Source of the DNA: Sedimentisphaerales bacterium
Lineage (GTDB): Bacteria > Planctomycetota > Phycisphaerae > Sedimentisphaerales > SM23-30
Reading direction: 5' to 3' (one strand)
Assembly: GCA_963666285.1 (NCBI GenBank)
Contig: OY762711.1
Length of the DNA: 64,000 bases
Part shown: positions 30,094 to 41,444 of the stretch, in pieces
How the letters are laid out: each line of letters begins with the position of its first letter
Position numbering within the stretch: the first letter of the stretch is position 1
Program-made: the position numbers and the translations under genes
The notes under the pieces: model-generated
What the model was told of the DNA's origin: nothing
The model's database searches: none
Seen by the model: the letters and a program-made list of their open reading frames with translations, nothing else

Positions 30094-30310
30094 TAACTTA
30101 AATTAGGCCTTGTATCGACCTGCACAGATTACATTGAACAGTCAATAGTACGCCTTGAATAAAATACGCCGCATAAAGCGTACCAATTATATTGCACAAT
30201 CGAAAGGTTTCAGGGACACAAATAGACCATAATTATAATTACCACAAAATTTATACACAACCAGAAATAAACCACTCAACAAGCATAATGAGTTCTATTT
30301 CAGACCAGGC

Positions 30311-31630
30311 TCAATTCTCGCACAAGGCTTTATCCATCATTATCTTCAGGATAGTCCTATCAGTCTCGATCATGCCCTCATTACTAAGCTCACCCATATT
30401 ATCAATTGTTTTCTCCGGGCTCAGGTCAATTATTCCGTCGCTTTCCTTTACATTTATGCCATGCAGACTCAACAGCGCAGACTGCACCGCCGTACCAGCC
30501 GCTGTCGAAAGCTTTAACGCACATCCGGACTTCGCCCCATCACAGATCACACCCGCCAAATCGCTTATCAGATTCTTTATCGCTCCGGCAATATGTCCCA
30601 GCGACCCGCCCAGCAGATAAGTCACACCCGCCGTCGCTCCGGCACCTGCCGCTACCGAACACCCGCATACCGCCGACAACCTGCCGGTATGTGCCTTAAT
30701 ATAACCCGTCACCAAATGACTGAGTGCTATAGCTTTTAATACTTCCCTGTCATCGTCTATCTCGATATAATCCTTGACCGCCCACACCGGTAGCACTGCT
30801 GTCAGGCCGTGGTTTCCGCTTCCTGCACTGCTCATAGCCGGCAGCTTCACACCTGACATCCTGGCATCACACGCTGCCGAGGTTAATATTCGAGACTGCA
30901 ATATCATATCCTTATTAATCAGCTTCATACGCACCATCTGCTCAAGAGTTCTGCCGATCCCCAGGCCGCTGCCATAGGTCAATCCCTGCTGTGCCAGTTT
31001 AAGATTATAATCCACTCCGCGCTGGATAAACGTGTAATCATCTTCATCCATCTCATTGATCATTTCCAGCAGACTGGCCAGCGTCTGTTCTTTCAAAAAC
31101 GCTTCCAATTCATCGTGCGACTGCTGCTCCTCCTGTATACCTGACAGTAACGGGTGTCCCGTCTGCATTTCACCATTCAACTTCAGCGAGACTATTCTGT
31201 CATGCGAATCCTCGATCTCTGCCTCACTAACATCCGACCCGCATACAATCTTTGCTCGTATATATATGCCGGACTTCTCCTTCAGCAAATTGATCTTTAC
31301 TTCATTTTTATCCAAAAATGCCATAGCCTTTTTTATCGCTTTTTCATCTGCCGGCTCCAATACTTCCAGCCGCAAATCAGGATCTCCGGCTATCGCTCCC
31401 AGTACCGCCGCCAGGTCAATACCAACCGCTCCCTCTGTTCCCGGTATCGCAACCGCAAAGGCATTCTTATATATATTGGGGCTCAGCCATAGCTCTATAG
31501 AGTCAAATTCGCCATTTCCAAGTACGGTTTGTGCCGCCGATGTACATAACGCTACCGCAGCCGGTTCTGTACAACCTAGTGCCGGCGATACTTCAAACTG
31601 TAATATCTCTTTTATTGAATACATAATCAA
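30311..31630 (-). CDS. UPF0597/YhaM-like L-cysteine desulfidase (serine dehydratase alpha family)
   Basis: PALGCTEP, DARM.G...P.MS..GSGNHG, GRLSAVCGC, G.ICDGAK.GCALK. Confidence 0.88.
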   Translation of the reverse strand: MIMYSIKEILQFEVSPALGCTEPAAVALCTSAAQTVLGNGEFDSIELWLSPNIYKNAFAVAIPGTEGAVGIDLAAVLGAIAGDPDLRLEVLEPADEKAIKKAMAFLDKNEVKINLLKEKSGIYIRAKIVCGSDVSEAEIEDSHDRIVSLKLNGEMQTGHPLLSGIQEEQQSHDELEAFLKEQTLASLLEMINEMDEDDYTFIQRGVDYNLKLAQQGLTYGSGLGIGRTLEQMVRMKLINKDMILQSRILTSAACDARMSGVKLPAMSSAGSGNHGLTAVLPVWAVKDYIEIDDDREVLKAIALSHLVTGYIKAHTGRLSAVCGCSVAAGAGATAGVTYLLGGSLGHIAGAIKNLISDLAGVICDGAKSGCALKLSTAAGTAVQSALLSLHGINVKESDGIIDLSPEKTIDNMGELSNEGMIETDRTILKIMMDKALCEN

Positions 31631-31849
31631 TCTAATATAACTGTCTAAATAAGAATCAATATTAAAATTATATAAATTCCTACATTTTCAATACTTAGCA
31701 ACAACGCCAAGTTTCCAAACTTACAAAATCGTCGCTCAAAAGCCCGCCAGACTGTCACAATAGTACATGTCAGACTTGACTTTTCAAGCCACACCTTCAA
31801 TAGTATGTAATGATACCCTACCAATCAAAATATAAAAAGGAGATTTTAT

Positions 31850-33697
31850 ATGATTTGCTGCAAAACATTTCTACGTATAGCTATATGTTTAATTTCGTTG
31901 ACAGCTTTTACTCTCGCCGCTAATGGCATTCTCCCCGGCTCCGGCACCGAACTCAATCCCTATCTTATCGAGGACATCAATGACCTGGAAGCTTTTATTG
32001 ATTCCGACAATTCCGCAGCATATTGGGCCTCTGGCATATATACAAGGCTCACAAATGATATCAGCCTTGCCGGGCATCATTTCAACTCAGCACCTATCGC
32101 TCCCGACACTTCATCAAACGATGATTATCAGGGCTTCTCCTACAAAGGAACCTTTGACGGCAACGGACACACCATCAGCAACCTGGAAATACTTAATTCA
32201 ACCAATGACTATATCGGCCTTTTCGGCATGATCGACACTACTGCAACCGTCAAAAACCTTGGACTGGAATACCTCAATATTTCCACTGACAACATTGCTA
32301 TTCATATCGGCGGACTCGCGGCATACAACTCCGGTACAATCTCGCACTGCTGCACCAAAGGCTCCATCACTGCCGATAACAACGCCGGCGGACTTTGCGG
32401 CACTAACCATTCTGGCTCTATCACAAACTGCTATTCCACAGTAGAGCTGTCAACTGTATCTTCTGCCGATACGCTCGGCGGATTCTGCGGCTATAACAGC
32501 AACAACAGTCTTATCGATAAATGTTATTTCGCCGGCACAATCACTGCTAATGACGGATTTCACATTAGCGTTAACTGCTTCTGCGGACATAATAGCGCAT
32601 ACAGCACTATCAGCAATTGCTTTTGGGACTCCGATATTAGTATCTGGCTAAACGATGAAGGATATGCAACTCCGGCTGCAACTATCGAAATGCAAACCCA
32701 ATCAACCTTTACCGATGCCGGTTGGGACTTCTCTTTCTCCGACGGCAATTATGCAGACTGGGTAATTTACCCCAACAGCTACCCGCAGCTCTTCTGGGAA
32801 AACTCAATAGCATATTCCGGAGAAACTACCTTGTACAAGCCAATCGGCTCTACAGACATAAATTTCTCCATCGATATTTTTGCTACCACTCAGCAATTAG
32901 TAACCTGGACTATCACCTGCCCCAGCGAAAGTTATCTCATCGAAGCTGTCGATCCGAAAACAACTGCTTCCACTGGCCCGGATGATATTACCTCAGTTAC
33001 TATATTCTGCCGGGATATAAACTATCCGGAAGGAACTTACACAGAAACTCTAACACTATCATCAGATATCGGCGACAGCATTGAGATACCTATCGAACTC
33101 AATATTTACAGCCCTGTCAACATAACAGATTTTGCCATCTTCGCTCAATACTGGCTCCAGACCGGTTGTGACCTGCCCGATGCTCCCTGTGCCGATGCCG
33201 ATTTTTGCATCGATGGTACAATTGACATATCTGATCTAAACCTGCTTGCCGCCAACTGGCTGGTCATAGAAATTCCATCTATCAAACCAAATCCGTTCGA
33301 CGGATTCGAAACCGGTGATTTCTCGGCTCTGCCATGGGTTATCGACTCAAATGCTCCTTGGACCGTTGTTACAGACTCTTCAAACAGCGGTTCATATTCT
33401 GCCAGGTCCGGCCCTATTCCCGGCGGCGTTTACAGCTCGTTACTTCAACTGGAAATAGACTCAGACCTTACCAATATTAGCTTTGCTGTTAAAACCCAAT
33501 GCCCAAGCTATTTCACACACTTCTATTTCTATATCGATGATGAGTCTGTAGAAAAATTCAGCGGTATAAACGATTGGCAAACAAAATCATATTCCATCGA
33601 ACCAGGCGAACATAAATTCCAATGGTTTTATATGAACCTTACCCCAGACAGCGACCCGGAAAAATGCGCCTGGATCGACGATATTGAGCTGTACTAA
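31850..33697 (+). CDS. Secreted GLUG-repeat protein with a dockerin-like motif and a C-terminal beta-sandwich
   Basis: GSGT..NPYLI, F.GTFDGNGHTISNL, repeated GGL.G.N..G.I.NCY, DFAIFAQYWL...DL..LAANWL. Confidence 0.8.
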   Translation: MICCKTFLRIAICLISLTAFTLAANGILPGSGTELNPYLIEDINDLEAFIDSDNSAAYWASGIYTRLTNDISLAGHHFNSAPIAPDTSSNDDYQGFSYKGTFDGNGHTISNLEILNSTNDYIGLFGMIDTTATVKNLGLEYLNISTDNIAIHIGGLAAYNSGTISHCCTKGSITADNNAGGLCGTNHSGSITNCYSTVELSTVSSADTLGGFCGYNSNNSLIDKCYFAGTITANDGFHISVNCFCGHNSAYSTISNCFWDSDISIWLNDEGYATPAATIEMQTQSTFTDAGWDFSFSDGNYADWVIYPNSYPQLFWENSIAYSGETTLYKPIGSTDINFSIDIFATTQQLVTWTITCPSESYLIEAVDPKTTASTGPDDITSVTIFCRDINYPEGTYTETLTLSSDIGDSIEIPIELNIYSPVNITDFAIFAQYWLQTGCDLPDAPCADADFCIDGTIDISDLNLLAANWLVIEIPSIKPNPFDGFETGDFSALPWVIDSNAPWTVVTDSSNSGSYSARSGPIPGGVYSSLLQLEIDSDLTNISFAVKTQCPSYFTHFYFYIDDESVEKFSGINDWQTKSYSIEPGEHKFQWFYMNLTPDSDPEKCAWIDDIELY

Positions 33698-33883
33698 ACT
33701 CCAAAAATACACTTTTTTATTCAAAAACTGACTGATAATGACGGTTTCTTCTATTTTTTTGCCTTTTTAACCGCTTTTATGACGCCAGTATTGCATTGAT
33801 TAGTACAAAAAAGGTATAATATATCATTATCTAAATCTAGTTTATATATGAATTGTGAATTGTGTTGAATAATGGAGGATAAT

Positions 33884-35785
33884 ATGAAATCACTGTATGC
33901 TTTATGTATAATTCTTACACTGTTGTTTGTTGACGCCCAGACTTCAAAAGCAGAAACACCACCAACTAATCTTGCCTTATCACAACCGCTTACCCGTGCA
34001 GTTTTTCAGCGAAACGATCAAAATTGGGCACAAGTTCCTATCCAGGGAACATATAGTGGCACTGCCACCAGAATTGAAGCACGCGCTATTATAATGGACG
34101 GTTTTACAGGCACTGCCACCAACTGGTTAACAATTGAAAACAATCCATCCGATGGCAGTTTTTCCTCTACCCTGAAAATATCGGCCGGAGGATGGTATCA
34201 ACTAGAAGTACAGGCATACAACGGCGACACCCCTTCATCTATCACCAGAGTTTATAGAATTGGCGTCGGTGAAGTTTTCATCACTGCCGGACAGTCCAAT
34301 TCTGCTAACTGCGGTTCTCCGGCTTATACTCCTGCTCATAGCACCGTTTCTGCATGGACCGGCACTAACTGGCGACATGCCTACGATCCCCAGCCAATCG
34401 CAAGCTGCACTGGAGGATCACCATGGTCAAGGCTCGCCGACCTGCTCATCGACGAATTAAACGTTCCGATTGGCTTTGTTTCCGTAGGTGTAGCCGGTAC
34501 CAGAGTTGACCGATGGGTTCCTTCAGCTAACGACTTGTATCCTCTATTGCATGATGCTATCATGGATATTGGGCCTACCGGCATGCGGGCGATCCTCTGG
34601 CATCAAGGAGAAAGCGACGCTGTCAGACCTCCGACAACTGATACAGAAACTTATGCCGCAAGGTTAAAACAGGTTATCCAGCAATCCAGGATAGACGCCG
34701 GATTCCCGGTGCCATGGGGTATTGCACTGGTTTCATGGATGCCTGAATCATATAACCAGCAGGAAGAATGGCGGCAAGGTGTACGAAATGGTCAGATTAA
34801 AGTTATCCAGTCAGACCCTTTCAACTTCCTTGGCCCGGATACTGACATATGGCCGGGTTCTGAATTTCGACATGACACTATACACTTCAACGCTTTAGGA
34901 CTCCAGCTTCACGCCGAAGCCTGGATGCCTACTATCAGGCAAATTATGCATCCATGGGACTTAAATCAGGATACCCAGGTTAACTTGCTTGACCTTTCTG
35001 ATTTTTCCTCTTATTGGCTTGATGATAGATACTGGTTCGATAATAACAGTAATATGGCAATTCATCTAAAACTCGACGATGCTACCAACTCAATAGCTTC
35101 CGACTCTTCCGGGAATAACCGCAATGGTACTTTATTCAATAATCCAACATGGGCCGGTGGAATATATAATGGTGCTATTAGTTTCGACGGCATCGACGAC
35201 TATATTCAGATCGAAGGATACACAGGAATCTCAGGCTACAATCCAAGAACTATTACCTCATGGATCAAACTAAATGAAGACCTGGAAAATAATGACAAAA
35301 ACTTATATGTGATAATGTCATGGGGAAAATCTGACACCACTGATCTATATAAAAAATGGATGGTCTTGATTAATGAAACCAGCGGACAACTGGCATTAGC
35401 TATTTATGGTGCAAGAATCGTCGGCGGACCAGATCTGGAAGATGGTAAATGGCACCATATCGCAATTGTATTACCTGACGGTGCCAATAATATCAACCAA
35501 ATTAAAATGTTTGTTGACGGTATTGAAGTAGCCACTAATGCTGATAGCCTGAACGCTGTTATTGATACTACCGCTTCTGAAGATGTTCTTATTGGCACTA
35601 TAGACACTGACCCGGCAAATGGAATCCAACATCCAAATTATTTCTTCAAAGGGCTTATCGACGATATCAGAATATATGATGTAGCGATGACTGCCGACGA
35701 TTTCGTCCCTTCATGCGACCTCGATAGAAACGGAACCATTAATCTGGCTGACTTCTCCGTAATCGCCTCACACTGGCTCGAATAA
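33884..35785 (+). CDS. Secreted SGNH sialate O-acetylesterase-like (SASA) protein with LamG and dockerin-like motifs
   Basis: GEVFITAGQSNS, LWHQGESD, DTIHF; LamG WHHIAIV..FKGLIDDIRIYD; two DLxxxxxxNLxD..WL motifs. Confidence 0.85.
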   Translation: MKSLYALCIILTLLFVDAQTSKAETPPTNLALSQPLTRAVFQRNDQNWAQVPIQGTYSGTATRIEARAIIMDGFTGTATNWLTIENNPSDGSFSSTLKISAGGWYQLEVQAYNGDTPSSITRVYRIGVGEVFITAGQSNSANCGSPAYTPAHSTVSAWTGTNWRHAYDPQPIASCTGGSPWSRLADLLIDELNVPIGFVSVGVAGTRVDRWVPSANDLYPLLHDAIMDIGPTGMRAILWHQGESDAVRPPTTDTETYAARLKQVIQQSRIDAGFPVPWGIALVSWMPESYNQQEEWRQGVRNGQIKVIQSDPFNFLGPDTDIWPGSEFRHDTIHFNALGLQLHAEAWMPTIRQIMHPWDLNQDTQVNLLDLSDFSSYWLDDRYWFDNNSNMAIHLKLDDATNSIASDSSGNNRNGTLFNNPTWAGGIYNGAISFDGIDDYIQIEGYTGISGYNPRTITSWIKLNEDLENNDKNLYVIMSWGKSDTTDLYKKWMVLINETSGQLALAIYGARIVGGPDLEDGKWHHIAIVLPDGANNINQIKMFVDGIEVATNADSLNAVIDTTASEDVLIGTIDTDPANGIQHPNYFFKGLIDDIRIYDVAMTADDFVPSCDLDRNGTINLADFSVIASHWLE

Positions 35786-35795
35786 AACCACAATT

Positions 35796-35828
35796 CTGGG
35801 ATACAGGGCTCTGAACCTGTATTCCCGG
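35796..35828. terminator. Stem-loop between convergent genes
   Basis: gggatacagg...cctgtattcc. Confidence 0.5.
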
Positions 35829-35886
35829 ATATCAGTTAGTCGTAAGGCAATTTTTCCCATATGCCTTATGCCTGTTTATCTTCTCA

Positions 35887-36693
35887 CTATTCTATCCATA
35901 TCCCGTCATTCATATACGCCGCCGCATACGCATAGCTCATCTTATATCCGCTCCCTTTGGTATTACTATTACGGATCATAAACACACCGCCCCCAGGCAT
36001 ATCAGGATCATCCTCATAGCCGACCAGCAGGATACTATGCCCGTCAAACACACCATCAGGCCCCGGCATATTCAAAACTTTTTCCTTCCACTTAACTTTT
36101 TTCGGCCACCGGCACCCACCGCACACCGGCCGCCCACGGCTCAACACCTTCTTGACCTCCGCCAGCTCTTCATCGGTCAGTCCCGTTTTCGGGTCCCATT
36201 GTTTTATCCAGTGTATCCGCAGCTCATTCTCTTCAGATAACTGCCGCGCCTGCTCTTTCGCCGCTTCATCCGGCACCAGCTCAGGGTCAAACTTCTTCTG
36301 ATACTCCATCGCCTGCTCACCGCAAATACCGTACGCCTCGTAACCCTTCCACAGATCCGAAAAGAAACCGCCATCCTGCTTTTTGCCAACCACCTCGTTA
36401 GACGCCCAGTTCAGATACTCAACACTCAACCGTAAACCCTTATCCTGTTGGCATGCCACGGCATATTCCATCGCACCGACAACTGCAAATACCGAACATG
36501 TACCACGCCCGCCCTGCTGACGCTCCGACAGCCCCCACTTCTTAAACGCCGGCCTCAGGTCAACCCGCCCCGGCATATCATCCGAACCCGGTTGCACTGC
36601 TCCTTCGTCCGCACCCCGGCTCAAATTGCTAACACCGGCTATAACCAATGGTATAACTATCAACAATATTATTCTTCTTTTCCAGATATTCAT
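35887..36693 (-). CDS. C1 (papain-like) cysteine peptidase, secreted
   Basis: VDLR, QGGRGTCSVFA (Cys), GHSILLVGY (His), IRNS (Asn); start moved to MNIWKRR. Confidence 0.85.
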   Translation of the reverse strand: MNIWKRRIILLIVIPLVIAGVSNLSRGADEGAVQPGSDDMPGRVDLRPAFKKWGLSERQQGGRGTCSVFAVVGAMEYAVACQQDKGLRLSVEYLNWASNEVVGKKQDGGFFSDLWKGYEAYGICGEQAMEYQKKFDPELVPDEAAKEQARQLSEENELRIHWIKQWDPKTGLTDEELAEVKKVLSRGRPVCGGCRWPKKVKWKEKVLNMPGPDGVFDGHSILLVGYEDDPDMPGGGVFMIRNSNTKGSGYKMSYAYAAAYMNDGIWIE

Positions 36694-36745
36694 CTCTCTG
36701 ATCATCTGATAGCCATTTATCAAAAAATCTTCAGTATAATTTTCA

Positions 36746-37414
36746 TCAATATTCCGGCACTTCAATCTCAACCCGCCTGAGTTCAAATGACAGATCCACT
36801 TCCTGTCCCGTCTCCGGCACATATTTGCCAATTATTTCGGTGGTATATGTCCAGATATCATTTGCGATCAAGGCCCTTTCCCTCATCGGCTGAAATTCAC
36901 AATTTTCTGCCATTTTCAATAACTTACCAGCTTCGTCGTTTTCAACCAGCCAGAATACATCTTCGCCAACACAATAAGATTTACGCACCAGGCACATACA
37001 TGCATTAACAGGATCTCCAAGGATATTCATCTGGCCAAAACCATAGTCTGGCGGACCAAATTCCTCTATATATTTATATTGACCATTCACATTATCCAGA
37101 AATGCCAGCTCTGTTCGAAGTTCGGCCATTTTCCCCTTTGATATATGACCCTGGTAATATGGCGGGCCCGCTTCAATTTTATTACCCGACCAGATAAATG
37201 TACCGTCATGCCTGATCAGGTACATAACTTTTACCGTCACGGTATGGCCTCCATTACCAAATACCAGGATGAACGGCTTTTCAAATGTCTCACCGTCAGA
37301 TGTTACCGTATAACTCCACAACTTTTTCGCTGGCTCTGTCTGACACTTATCCGTTTCAGACCTCTGACAGCCGCTGATGATCAAACAAATTATTACACAA
37401 CTTAAATATCTCAT
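36746..37414 (-). CDS. Hypothetical lipoprotein
   Basis: MRYLSCVIICLIISGC lipobox. Confidence 0.65.
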   Translation of the reverse strand: MRYLSCVIICLIISGCQRSETDKCQTEPAKKLWSYTVTSDGETFEKPFILVFGNGGHTVTVKVMYLIRHDGTFIWSGNKIEAGPPYYQGHISKGKMAELRTELAFLDNVNGQYKYIEEFGPPDYGFGQMNILGDPVNACMCLVRKSYCVGEDVFWLVENDEAGKLLKMAENCEFQPMRERALIANDIWTYTTEIIGKYVPETGQEVDLSFELRRVEIEVPEY

Positions 37415-37700
37415 AACTGTCCACCGCACATCTTTCATTCTAATAACTCTATGTGACAAAATTAGTACTATTAATATAGGTGACCTCTGGAAATTGCTTT
37501 TGATGCGATAGTTTAAGATTTTGGTTGCTGACAAGGAACATAAGATCGTGCATATTGGGCTATATTCACTGTTATATGTGACGCATGTCAGCAGGCAAAA
37601 GAAAAACTAGTCGCTCAAAATGAATTTTCAGAGTTGCCTATATATCTAGCCATTGAAATCAAACCCGCCTCTGGCAAACACCTCCCCTACAGCACGCTCA

Positions 37701-38045
37701 CTACTGCCTGACCTCTTGTATAACTACCGCTGTCCCTTTACCATGAGCCATAATCAGAGATTTGTTCTTTGAACCGATATTATCAAAGTCCAGGCTAAAA
37801 CCAATTACCGCATTGGCACCCATATGGGCCGCATTAAATTGTATCTCAGTCAAAACTTCTGTTTCCATCTCACTCATTACCTCCTGATAACTTTCAGATC
37901 GACCTCCAAAGAAATCTCGAAACGCGGTAAAGAAATCTCGAATCACATTTACCGCCCGCACATTTCGTGAAGTAACCAAACCTTTATACTCAATAATTGT
38001 AGCGTTTTCAATTATCGGCGTTGTCAAAATTGGTATCTGTTTCAT
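37701..38045 (-). CDS. YbjQ/UPF0145 family protein
   Basis: I.EYKGLV, RDFFGGRS.SY, GANAVIG...D, GTAV. Confidence 0.9.
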   Translation of the reverse strand: MKQIPILTTPIIENATIIEYKGLVTSRNVRAVNVIRDFFTAFRDFFGGRSESYQEVMSEMETEVLTEIQFNAAHMGANAVIGFSLDFDNIGSKNKSLIMAHGKGTAVVIQEVRQ

Positions 38046-38081
38046 TACATTTTCCTTTCTTCTTCTAAAATTATATAAAGC

Positions 38082-38384
38082 TCTTCTATTATTTTATCAC
38101 AAACGAAACGAGTCACCTTATAATTATTGGTACTTATCGCAGCCTTGTATTTTTCAGTTCTTCTTAATTCTCAATTCTTATTTTTAATTTAAAGCATTCC
38201 CTTCATGGCCAGGTAATATTCTTTGCGAGCTCTGCGGCCTCTGCGAGCAACAGTATTTTTTTCGTATTGTTTTTTAATAACGTCCATAAAATATTACAAT
38301 ATATAATTGCAACAATTATAAAAGAGCCAACATATGCGTCAGCTTTTAAAATAAGGTCCAGTACCGTACGGTGCAGAACACCTC
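38082..38384 (-). repeat. Partial third copy (AT-rich outer tail only) of the large repeat element
   Basis: ttatcacaaacgaaacgagtcaccttataattattgg..., cccttcatggccaggtaatattctttgcga.ctctgcggcctctgcgagcaacagta shared with 40628-40810 and, inverted, with 46585-46711 and 48124-48175. Confidence 0.9.
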
Positions 38385-38453
38385 AACTCTCCCATTTTCC
38401 CTCTTACCTTTTACCTCTCCATCCTCTCTTCTAACTTCTAACTCTTCAATCTC

Positions 38454-39476
38454 TTACTTCATAATTTCTTCCCAGCTCATCCCGCATGTATCTTCATAAT
38501 AGCAGCGAAAGGCTTCTTCGTCCCAACCATCAGAACACTTCAACACAATTTGCCGAGCCACATCCAACATCATTTCCCGATCTTTTTCTATATTGAAAAA
38601 CTGACAAGACAAAAATTTGACATTTAATGCATAAAAGTTATCCGGATCGCCCTCAGGTATTGTGTCAAATATCACCCCGGCTGCAGCAATCTGCCCATCT
38701 ACACACAACGTTTCTCCCATCATTTCCAGCACGTCAACATCGTCAGGCTTTACCTTCAGCAATATACCGCATATTTTTAACGCCTCTTCTTCTTCATCGA
38801 TATCATAATAAAGTACCTCAGCTTTTTGTTTCAGCAAATCATAATTATCAGGATTGCCTTCAAGTTGCTCATCTAAACGACGAATAATTGCTACAGGGTC
38901 ATAAGTTATATTCTCCTTCTCTTGCCGGGCACATTCATTTCCCGACTCTATCGCCAAAACCTTATCAAAACATTCAAGAGCTCCCTCCTTATCATCCAGC
39001 ATGTTCAACAGCTTCGCTTTTGCATTTAGGGCACTAACACTTTCAGGCTTATTTTTCAAGATCCGGTCATAACATTCCAGGGCGTTCCCATGTCGTTCCA
39101 TATCTTGAAAAAAATCACCTTTACAGAACAAGGCATTATAATTGTTCGGATCTTTTATAAGAGCATTATCATAATACCCAATAGCTGTATCCTCTTGATG
39201 ATTTAACCTGAAATATTCTCCTATTCGCCACAGGATATAATCATCACAGGTCTCAATCCCCAGTAGCATCTCTTCGTATTTATCATACTCTCTATCACGA
39301 AAATATAACAGCTCAGCTTCAAAAAACTGCAAATAGTCACTATTGCCGTTAGCCTCAGCTAATTTAACACCTAGCTCCAACAGCTTTATACCATCAGCAT
39401 TACCATTACAGTCATTCACCAGGTAGCTGATATAATTATATGTTTCCTTAAGTTTTCCTGTTGTTTTATCACTCAT
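38454..39476 (-). CDS. TPR repeat protein
   Basis: Repeated A...YD.AL...P....AL..K motifs. Confidence 0.85.
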   Translation of the reverse strand: MSDKTTGKLKETYNYISYLVNDCNGNADGIKLLELGVKLAEANGNSDYLQFFEAELLYFRDREYDKYEEMLLGIETCDDYILWRIGEYFRLNHQEDTAIGYYDNALIKDPNNYNALFCKGDFFQDMERHGNALECYDRILKNKPESVSALNAKAKLLNMLDDKEGALECFDKVLAIESGNECARQEKENITYDPVAIIRRLDEQLEGNPDNYDLLKQKAEVLYYDIDEEEEALKICGILLKVKPDDVDVLEMMGETLCVDGQIAAAGVIFDTIPEGDPDNFYALNVKFLSCQFFNIEKDREMMLDVARQIVLKCSDGWDEEAFRCYYEDTCGMSWEEIMK

Positions 39477-39997
39477 TATTCAATCCAGATCTTGATGATA
39501 TAAAATTAAATGGTACCGCTCTTAATATACTATTTCATTTTTACTCGTACTGCTACCCTTTATATTCTTATTGCCATATCATTTTAGTCATCATAAATAT
39601 ATATCAAATTAAAACTTTTTCAAAAGAATAAACTTTTGCCTCAGCTGAAATAATCAGTATCCTGAAGAACATCGGGAGACATCGACACGCCTTCACTGAT
39701 ATGCCTTTTCAGTAGGCCCGGCACATTTTCCAGTCATCTATACTGTTTGCTCTTCTTCATTGTATCGATCATTATAATAGTATGTTTTTAACACTTCATT
39801 ATAGGCATAAATCAGCTCGTGCCGATTAACACTAAATTGTAAAAATAATCTATATATGTCCGCCCTTTCCACAAAAAAACAGCTGAGAAAACCTCACTAT
39901 TTACTTAATAACGCACTTTTTCCCTCTTCTAACTTGCAACTGCTATTTCCTAATTTATAACCCTGGTTTGAAACAGGACACCATCCAAAATCATGAT

Positions 39998-40552
39998 TCA
40001 ATCACTATAAACGAAAACATATCCAAATATACCATTATCTTCAACAAATTCTGAAAGATCACCAAAGACAATTAACTCTTGATCGTTATCATTTTGTAAA
40101 ACATAAAAAGTATAATCACGTTTTTTATATGGCAATTCTATTTGCAAAGAAATAGTTCCATCCTTTTTTGTTGCTTGATAAATCAAATTAAAAGACTTCT
40201 TGTGTAATGTAATATCCCATTGGTCAGTCACAACTTCTTCAGTACCAGGAAACTCAGGTTCGGATGGAACATGATAAAACACTTCTTTTCTAAACTGTGA
40301 ACTTGCCCATGACTTTTCAAAATTCCAAATATCAAAATATCCACAATTAGAAATTGGTTGTATCATCCCTCGAAACTTTCCATATGGAATCTCATAGGCT
40401 TTTATTGTTGCTGTTGTATGCTCTGTTAAAGCTTTAACGTTAACTTCAGGATATGAATTAGGCTTATATTGACATTTTTGATTAAACACCAGAGTACAAA
40501 CTATTACTATAATGCAAACTATCGCTAAAATACTAACTATTTTGGTATGCAT
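39998..40552 (-). CDS. Hypothetical membrane-anchored protein, low GC
   Basis: N-terminal TM helix; RBS AAAGG. Confidence 0.7.
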   Translation of the reverse strand: MHTKIVSILAIVCIIVIVCTLVFNQKCQYKPNSYPEVNVKALTEHTTATIKAYEIPYGKFRGMIQPISNCGYFDIWNFEKSWASSQFRKEVFYHVPSEPEFPGTEEVVTDQWDITLHKKSFNLIYQATKKDGTISLQIELPYKKRDYTFYVLQNDNDQELIVFGDLSEFVEDNGIFGYVFVYSD

Positions 40553-40627
40553 TAGTGACTTACCTTTCTATCTTTTAAACAAATAAATGATTAATAATTC
40601 ATATTTCTTCTCATCCACGTAATCAGT

Positions 40628-41381
40628 TCTTCTATTATTTTATCACAAACGAAACGAGTCACCTTATAATTATTGGCACTTATCCGTAGCCGTGGTTTTT
40701 AATGTCAATTATTTTTTTAATTTTTAATTTTGAATTCTTAATTTAATGCTTTCCCTTCATGGCCAGGTAATATTCTTTGCGACCTCTGCGGCCTCTGCGA
40801 GCAACAGTATTTTTTCGTGTTCTTTCGTGAATTTTCGTGGTTGACAATCTTTTTCAGAATTCTGAATTTAAATATGCGACAGCTTTAAAATAAGTTGTGA
40901 GCGACAGCGAATTATTCCTGATGTCAACGTACATCAGGACACCTCCTTTACAATTTTTATTTTACCCTTTACACTTTGATGCCGCTTCGCGGTATCTGGT
41001 CTGCCCAGCAGCTAAAAACAGGTCGAAAGCCTCAATGTAAATTTCCGCCGTTATAGCTCCGCGGCCCGTAGCGCACCCGCCGTTGGCCTGCCGCACTACC
41101 GCCGCATACTCTCCGTTTGTATTCCGTGATACCACAAGAGCTCTTCTCACCGCCGCGCCAATCCACAGCTCCTCCGCAAGCCGCCGTGGCCCGCGGCCCG
41201 GTCTCCGTCACTCGCCGCTGGCCGACTCAGCCGGTTTCAGCTCTTCTTCCCGCCGCGCTAGCGCCGCGGCCCGCCGTTTATACTCCGTTATCCGCCCGCG
41301 AATATTCCGCAGGTCGTCGCGGTTCCTCCGTTTCGATCTATGGCCGTTCGTACAAAAAAATACAATTATAAACCACACTCC
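40628..41381 (-). repeat. Large non-coding element, left copy: phased RCGG array (about 41000-41353) plus AT-rich tail
   Basis: Reverse complement aligns almost throughout with 44492-45014, 46585-46711 and 48124-48175. Confidence 0.93.
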
Positions 41382-41444
41382 AAAAGCTTTGATCGCCACA
41401 TCCGCTTTTGGTAGCACCAAAATCTAATCCGTTACTCATTTCAA

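Noticed and set aside
40635..40685. DnaA box (tttatcaca) or dif site (agtgccaataa-ttataa-...) in the repeat tail
   Set aside because: A single mismatched box, not a cluster; the XerD arm does not match the consensus
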